The notes under the pieces were generated by a model, which was given only the letters and a program-made list of their open reading frames with translations, was not told the origin of the DNA and did not search any database. Position numbers and translations under genes: made by a program. 54,247 nucleotides of DNA from an uncultured virus (IMG/VR IMGVR_UViG_3300010345_000156) (Duplodnaviria > Heunggongvirae > Uroviricota > Caudoviricetes), in IMG/VR virus record IMGVR_UViG_3300010345_000156; one strand, given 5' to 3'. Shown here one piece after another: positions 48,077-54,247 of the stretch. The number at the start of each line of letters is the position of its first letter. Position 1 is the stretch's first letter.

Positions 48077-48108
48077 AAAAGGACTCTCAGAAATGGGAGT
48101 CCTTTTTT
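48077..48108 (+). terminator. Intrinsic terminator (near-copy at 51991-52022)
   Basis: AAAAGGACTCTCA-GAAA-TGGGAGTCCTTTTTT. Confidence 0.85.
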
Positions 48109-48231
48109 GTTTTCTTCAAAGCATCTAAAAATTTCTAAGAAACTTCCTTGCCAAAGTTCTTCCTATGTGTTATCTTTTGTTTATAAGGTTGAGAGAGTTC
48201 GTCACAACGCCACACAACAGGAGAAAATAAA

Positions 48232-48462
48232 ATGTTTGCTATGGTTCTTGCCTTGATTGTTTCCGGAAATTCTGAAGATCGGATGCCGGAAATTTCTTTG
48301 GATTTTTCCGTCAAGAAGATTTCTATGGTTCGTGACACTTTGAAGGTGAAGGCACCAAAGGAAGTCACTTGGAATGATATGAACAAACTCGATCCGGAAT
48401 CTATTCGCGTCGTCGAAAAGCCTTCGGAAAAGTTTGTTATCATCTATTCCGATTTCAACTGA
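48232..48462 (+). CDS. Hypothetical protein; paralogue of 46171..46431
   Basis: AGGAG RBS; shared motifs. Confidence 0.7.
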   Translation: MFAMVLALIVSGNSEDRMPEISLDFSVKKISMVRDTLKVKAPKEVTWNDMNKLDPESIRVVEKPSEKFVIIYSDFN

Positions 48463-48494
48463 ATTTTTCACAATCATTTGAAGGAGAAATAGAA

Positions 48495-49012
48495 ATGTAT
48501 ATGCCATTTGTGAAGACTTTGGAAGTCGATTTTACAATGTCTGGTGAAGATGAGTCGAATAAGATTCTTTACCAAATTAAGCATAAGGAGAATAAGACAC
48601 CTTCGGAATTCCATAATGATTTGGTAATTGCAAAGAAGCGATTTTTTCAAGATACTATGATGGACTTGGAAGATGAAAACTTTGCTGAAATTTTGAAGGA
48701 AATGGGATATGATGTTTCGATTATCATTCCTGATTTTGAAATCTCAATCTACTAAGGAGAAAGGAGAATTTTGAAATGAAAAAGTTCGTTCTAATCTATG
48801 AAGATAATACGAAATGTGTTAACCATAGATTTTTCCAAAGCATTCCTGAAAATATTCCGTTTAATATCGGAGTAACGTATTTTGCCGATGATTTCGATGA
48901 TGATTTTCCGGAATCTGAAGAATATAAGTTCCTAGAAAAGTTGGATATTGATTTCGAGCCAGATGAAACTATTTTGATCCTAGAGATTCCCGAAGAGTTT
49001 AAGATCATCTAG
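48495..49012 (+). other. Two acidic early ORFs (48495-48755, 48776-49012)
   Basis: AAGGAG RBS before each. Confidence 0.6.
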
Positions 49013-49198
49013 AATCCAGTTTAGAGCAGTTTCAGGCGTTTTGATCGAGTTACCTAGCAATGCTCTACATCTTCCCGAAACCAGTCTTCAGAAGCCTTAG
49101 AAACGTTTCTGAAGATTTTTCATTTTATCCCTTGCATTTTTCGGAAGAGTTGTGTATATTTTGTTCTATAAGGATTTCTCAAACAAACGAGGGAAGAA

Positions 49199-50087
49199 AT
49201 GGAAATCAAAAAGTATCCTGTCTTTGGAAGATTTCACGCAAGATTTGATTCCTTTGCCGGATTGATTCCAGTAAAGCCGATGAGAAAGATTATCCACAAC
49301 GATCAGAATAGGATTTCCGTATATATTCGCGTGAAAGTTCTGGAAACAATTGGAGCATATAAGAAAGGAATGATTTTGGAAATTCCTTCTCAAGATTGCA
49401 TTCCACTTTCCCATATCAAATATCCAAAAGGAAGTCACGCAAAGATTTTCGGAAATTTTGAATGGATTGATTTGTGGCCTGAAGAAACTTCGGAATACCT
49501 ATATAAAGGAATTGTTTAATGAAAAAAGAATCAGATATCATTTTCGAGGATGGATGTTATTTTGTAATCATTGAAGGCAAAAGAATTTCCGTCAATAAGA
49601 ATGTTTCGACGCATTCTATTGTAGATTCTCAATATGAAAATACAAAAGATGGAAAGTCTATTGCGATTGTTCGTTGTAAGTATTTGACAAAGAAGGAATC
49701 GAAATGAAAATGGAAAATATTTGGATTAGCAAGACTCTAGGAAAGCATTTATTCTTAGTACAGATTGAGAATTGTTTTTTTACACTTTCTCGTCAAGGAG
49801 ATTTGGATATTTGGGAAATTGATTTCAAACAATGGAGAAAGATTATTCCAGATGATATTCCAAAATGGGCGCAAGAGAAAATCAAGTATCTAGAAAACTA
49901 TACTGAGCAGTTTGAAGTCAAGTATGAATATGAAGAGAACGGAATTTGGAAAAAAGATTCGGAATACATAGACGTAAATTGTTTCAAATGGCAAGAAAAT
50001 ATGCACGAAAAGGCGCAACAAAAGGCACTAAGAATGTTTGAAGAGACTGGAAAGAATGTCAAAATTTTGTCTGTAACTTTCTGCTAA
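49199..50087 (+). other. Three early ORFs (49199-49519, 49519-49707, 49704-50087)
   Basis: They follow the promoter at 49132 and have coupled start/stop codons. Confidence 0.6.
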
Positions 50088-50186
50088 GACTTTCTAGAAA
50101 ATTTTTGAAGAAACTCCCTTGACAGAATAAATTTCTTTAGTATATTTTGTTCTGTAAGGTTGAGAGAAGTTCACCACAAACAAACG

Positions 50187-50714
50187 ATGAAAGAAATGTC
50201 TGAATTCATTCCAGAAACTTTGGATCTTTGGAAACGTCCTTCTCATTATTTTGGTGCAGAATGGGAAGGGTGGTATGTTTTTCTTACTCGGAATCGGGAT
50301 TCTTCTATTCTCAAAACAATGAATTTTGATATTGCTTTTGAAAGATTGCAGAAAGTCTATAACAAAGAACTTTCAATTGATGATATGCCATCTGTTCAAA
50401 TCATTTCCGAATCTCATTGGGCGGTTGGATATGTTGAATGGATTGCTATTCACAGTTCAGATATTGAAGCATTGAAAGAAGCGGATAAGATTAATTCCAA
50501 ACTCGAATCATATCCATGTTTGAATGATGATAAATTGTCTGAATTGGAAGATAAAGAAGCACAAAGAGTTTGGAAAGAAAATTACAACATTGAAGAAAGA
50601 TTGGAATACATTCGGGAAAACCGTAGCCAATTTGAATTTCGTGATTATTCCGATATGATTTCCAATGTTCGCGGCAATTCATTTTGTGGATATGCTTCTG
50701 AACTGATTTATTAA
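50187..50714 (+). CDS. Hypothetical early protein
   Basis: HWAVGYVEWIAI...YPCLND. The start was moved downstream of the promoter. Confidence 0.65.
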   Translation: MKEMSEFIPETLDLWKRPSHYFGAEWEGWYVFLTRNRDSSILKTMNFDIAFERLQKVYNKELSIDDMPSVQIISESHWAVGYVEWIAIHSSDIEALKEADKINSKLESYPCLNDDKLSELEDKEAQRVWKENYNIEERLEYIRENRSQFEFRDYSDMISNVRGNSFCGYASELIY

Positions 50715-50730
50715 AAAGGAGCATTGAGAA

Positions 50731-51060
50731 ATGGAAAATGAATTCAAACGTACAAAGGTTCATGTATTCCAAAAAGGAAATGTGAAAATTAATCATGCAA
50801 TTATCATTAAACAAACAGATGATATTGTATTGATTCATATTGACTTAGATCATAAGTATCCAAAAATTCAAGGAACAAATGATAATGGATATTTTGTTTC
50901 TAAGTTTGAAGATGATGATTTGAAAGAGCATAAACATTTTTCACTTCCCAATTTCAAAAATACACATTGGGAACATTTTGTATATGCTCCATGCCGTTAT
51001 GGTTTGCGGATAGTTCTAACAAAGAAGGAAATTTTTGAAGAAACTCCCTTGACAGAATAA
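50731..51060 (+). CDS. Hypothetical early protein
   Basis: ORF ends inside the next promoter repeat. Confidence 0.6.
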   Translation: MENEFKRTKVHVFQKGNVKINHAIIIKQTDDIVLIHIDLDHKYPKIQGTNDNGYFVSKFEDDDLKEHKHFSLPNFKNTHWEHFVYAPCRYGLRIVLTKKEIFEETPLTE

Positions 51061-51138
51061 ATTTCTTTAGTATATTTTGTTACATAAGAGAGGACGAAAA
51101 GATTCTCTCAAACCAAACCAGAAAAGAAAGGTAGAAAA

Positions 51139-51675
51139 ATGTCTTTGTCGAATACTGCTCTTTTGTCTGTCGCAACCGGATTTTCGGAATATGGTATCCG
51201 AGAAATCTTTTCCAATAACAAGAAGCGATACACCACTCTTTCGGCAAATTATCGGCAAGCGTTGAAGTTGAATAAGAATGTTTCTAAGGTCCGAAAGAAT
51301 ATTGAAAAGCATCTTGAGCGGGATGGAATGATTGTATTTGTTTCTCCACGAAATAAGAATTCGGAATTTTTGGGAAATGTTTTGAATTTGACTGAAGATG
51401 GAATTTATAATCTTCGGATTTTGCGATATCTTCTTTCCCGACATTATTTCCTTTGTTCTACTGCAATCGCTTTAATCGCTGGTTCTGTGAATGAACAGAG
51501 TGCAAATTCCACAATGCATAGAAAGTTTTCCGGATCTAAGGAAGATTTTCTCAATTCGATTTCCCGCCATGATTCCAAGATTCGTTTGGAAACTTTTTTG
51601 AAGACTCAGTTTGAAAAGTTGAAGTTTGACAAGAACAACATTTCGGAAATTTTGGAGTCTATGGAAATTCGCTGA
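51139..51675 (+). CDS. Hypothetical basic early protein
   Basis: Own promoter and GAAAGG RBS. Confidence 0.65.
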   Translation: MSLSNTALLSVATGFSEYGIREIFSNNKKRYTTLSANYRQALKLNKNVSKVRKNIEKHLERDGMIVFVSPRNKNSEFLGNVLNLTEDGIYNLRILRYLLSRHYFLCSTAIALIAGSVNEQSANSTMHRKFSGSKEDFLNSISRHDSKIRLETFLKTQFEKLKFDKNNISEILESMEIR

Positions 51676-51769
51676 AAAAAGTTCTTGACAAAACTAATTC
51701 GATGCATTATCTTTAATACATAAGAAAGGGAGAGATAAACAAACTCCCTAAAAGTCGAAAGGAAACAAA

Positions 51770-51919
51770 ATGCGTAATCTCATCATCGGTTTCATTCTTG
51801 GTTTGGTGATTGGAATTTTCGGTTTCAAGGTTTGTGTTCAGAAGACTTTGGATGCCGGAAATACTGTTTTGAAGGCATCTAGCAAGGTTGTGGATAGTGC
51901 AGGAAAGTATCTGAAGTAA
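51770..51919 (+). CDS. 49-aa membrane-associated peptide (not in the ORF track)
   Basis: MRNLIIGFILGLVIGIFG...; promoter at 51685 and GAAAGG RBS. Confidence 0.6.
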   Translation: MRNLIIGFILGLVIGIFGFKVCVQKTLDAGNTVLKASSKVVDSAGKYLK

Positions 51920-52211
51920 AAATCTTGGAAAGGATTTATCCAAGTACGAGAAATATAATGAGCAGTATCAAATTTCGGATACACTCATGGAAAGGACTTC
52001 GCAGAAATGGGAGTCCTTTTTTATTTTTGCATATTTACTCTTCTAAACCCTTGACAAAATTCATGAAAGTTTCTAGCCAAAATTTTATTGCTCAGATTTG
52101 TTTTTAATGGCATCTGAAAAAAGTTTGAGATACACCCTTGCAAAACTCAATTTTTGGACTATATTTTAATACATAAGAAGCCAAGATCTAACCAAACAAG
52201 GAGAACTACTA

Positions 52212-54247
52212 ATGTTGAAGAATGTAAGGAAATCATCTATTGCAATTTGCTTTGATGGTAAATTTGCTAACATGAAGAAAGAACAGAATTTTGTAATCTA
52301 TCCTGTCAGTGTTGGTGATAAGTATTTGAAGATTCAGAGTGACGGAAGAATGGGACTAATTTCTAAAGATGGGAAATTGGTAATTACTTCCAAGAATTGC
52401 AACTATCCTAATATGACAATTCTATATTCTGAAATGGAATTGAAGACTGCTAAAACGGATATTATTACTCCTGAAGAAATGACAATGATTCGGGAAGGAT
52501 TGAATTTGCATTCTATGGGAAATTGGTTGTGTGAAGTTTCCGGAAATGATGGCGCAAAGGATTTTTAATCTCTTTTGAATAACTTTTTGAAATAGGAGAA
52601 TTGAAATGAAAAAACAAAAGTGGTCTAAGTGGGATAATAACTTTGATGTGGCAGAGGATTGTTTACAAATTATTTTCGACAATATCCAACATAAAGTAAA
52701 TGAAAATGATTTCGACAATCAATATCCTACATTGTTTTCTGATGGATATGCATATTTTGTAGGATACCAATTTTATCCAAAGATGGAAAAGTTTTTGGTT
52801 AAAGTTTTGAATGAAAATTTTGATTTTGATATTTACAGAACGTTTGCTAAAGATTTGGAATCTGCTATCAAAAATGCGAATACTTCTTTTCCATCAATGG
52901 ATTCAGAAGGTGAAATAGAAGTCATTCCATATCCTTTTCAATCATAAGGAGAAATAAAATGTTTACTCTACTCCATTTGAAATCTTCTCGAAATGATTGT
53001 TTTGAAACAATTCGAGTAAAGACTACGCAAAGGAATGGAAAGTCGTTTATTCTATTCAATTCCAGATGGTATAAGGTAAAAAGTTGGATTGTACTTTCTG
53101 ACAATAATATCCGATATGCTCAAAACTATATCGGAAAGTTTTCTACTAAAGATCAATTTCGCATTCAATTTGTAGAAGGAGTTTAACAATGACATTTTCT
53201 GAAATCCTTACTGCTCTAAATCGTGGTAAGAAAGTCCATTGGAAGAATGAAGGATATACCGTTGTAGATGATTACAAAGGAAGTTATTATATCATGTTTC
53301 ATTCGGGAGATTGTGTAGGATTTTCCGAAGAGATTTATAACAATTCCTATTCACCACTTGATTTCTTTTTGGGAGAATAACAAAAATGGCTATTCCAATT
53401 TCAGATAAAGACTTGCGTGAAATGCCGATTCTTTATGAAAATCTTTCCGGAAATATTCGTTTGGTCAAGTCAGATGAACGAAATTTCGAGATCATTGTAA
53501 ACAAACGAGTGGGCGAGTCTGGAAGAGGTAGGAAAGGCGTCGTTCGGGATTGTTGGTGTAGTCTACCTTCCTATCACTCCACGGTTTCTAGCGCGTTCTA
53601 TAGGCTCTTGGATATGGAAATTTCCGAAGGTGACAGGATAGAGATTTCCAGTTTCCGCAACAGTTTGGAAGAGATCAAAAAGAATTTCCTAAATCAGATT
53701 TCCGGAAAGGTATAGAAATGTTTTGTCAAGCGGCCCACTATTATATTTTGGAATTGTTGAATGGAGAAATTGGAAAGAAGTATTTCAATTATTATTCCGA
53801 ATATCTTATCAAATACCTTGAGTGGAAATTGATGGAAAGGTATTATGAAATCTATGGAGAAAGGTTTCTATTCTCAGTATTCATTTATCGCAACGGAAGT
53901 AAAATCAATATTCAAGTTGATATGATTGATAAGGTGAATAATGAATTTCCGAGATATTATTATCGTTTGGAACTGAAAAATGGAATCATTTCTGAATTGA
54001 AGGAAGTCTAATGTCTAAAATGAAAATTGTTGTTTTGTCAAATTTGGATTCTATTCTCTATGGTTATTCAATTATCCATAAAAAGAAGAATCAATTCTTT
54101 ATTGGAAGTCATTTGAATAATCTTTCACAATGTCCAGAAAATATGATCGAACAAGTTAAGAAACAATGGGAGGAAGGAATTAAAAATGAAAACTGAAATC
54201 AAGTCTGGGTTTAATTTCGATCTTGAATGTGGTATTGCACCAGAAAC
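52212..54247 (+). other. Operon of small hypothetical early ORFs (52212-52568, 52606-52947, 52959-53186, 53189-53380, 53386-53715, 53718-54011, 54011-54196, 54186-end)
   Basis: Co-directional, closely spaced ORFs with GGAG RBSs after the promoter at 52138. Confidence 0.6.

Larger units (their letters stand above)
44199..52165 (+). promoter_or_regulatory. Series of about 12 related early promoters
   Basis: -35 elements at 44199, 44759, 45082, 46091, 46641, 47487, 48148, 49132, 50119, 51049, 51685 and 52138. Consensus AGAAACTCCC-TTG(C/A)CA-N16/17-TAT(C/A)TTT. Confidence 0.8.

Noticed and set aside
45061..48462. Diversity-generating retroelement (template/variable repeat pair)
   Set aside because: There is no reverse transcriptase in the window, and differences between the paralogues are not adenine-specific.
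1..54247. tRNA or rRNA genes
   Set aside because: No cloverleaf with T-loop/D-loop consensus and no rRNA-like segment was seen by eye; tRNAscan-SE would confirm this.

Overview
This is an AT-rich segment of a large T4-like (myovirus/jumbo) bacteriophage genome. It has one 663-nt assembly gap (30257-30919) and a 12-nt gap near 46061. From left to right: (1) a late structural module with an Ig-like virion protein, a baseplate wedge, a tail fibre with YadA-like repeats and a gp3-like tail terminator, followed by RegA, PhoH, an HEXXH peptidase and an NAD-dependent DNA ligase; (2) three TnpB-encoding IS200/605- or IS607-type elements, each placed directly behind a T4-type late-promoter motif (ATAAATA); (3) a 16-kb accessory tract with a radical SAM enzyme and its FVSNSSSSSF partner, a lycopene-cyclase-like membrane protein, a degenerate histidine kinase, a deoxyribonucleotidase, thioredoxin, GT61-like and DUF2971-like genes, and about 30 small ORFs sharing a D-x-x-N-x-h-h-K motif; (4) a largely non-coding, strand-skewed 6-kb region (38.2-44.2 kb); (5) a promoter-dense early region of repeated promoter/RBS/terminator cassettes with duplicated pentapeptide-repeat genes. 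The best candidate for a new system lies in region 4. It holds two diverged copies of a ~150-nt pseudoknotted RNA whose helices show compensatory base changes, each followed by an intrinsic terminator. The copies flank a stand-alone family-A (PolA/T7-RNAP-fold) polymerase gene and sit among arrays of promoter-like sites that lack the -7 T. All family calls come from motifs recognised by eye; no database searches were run.
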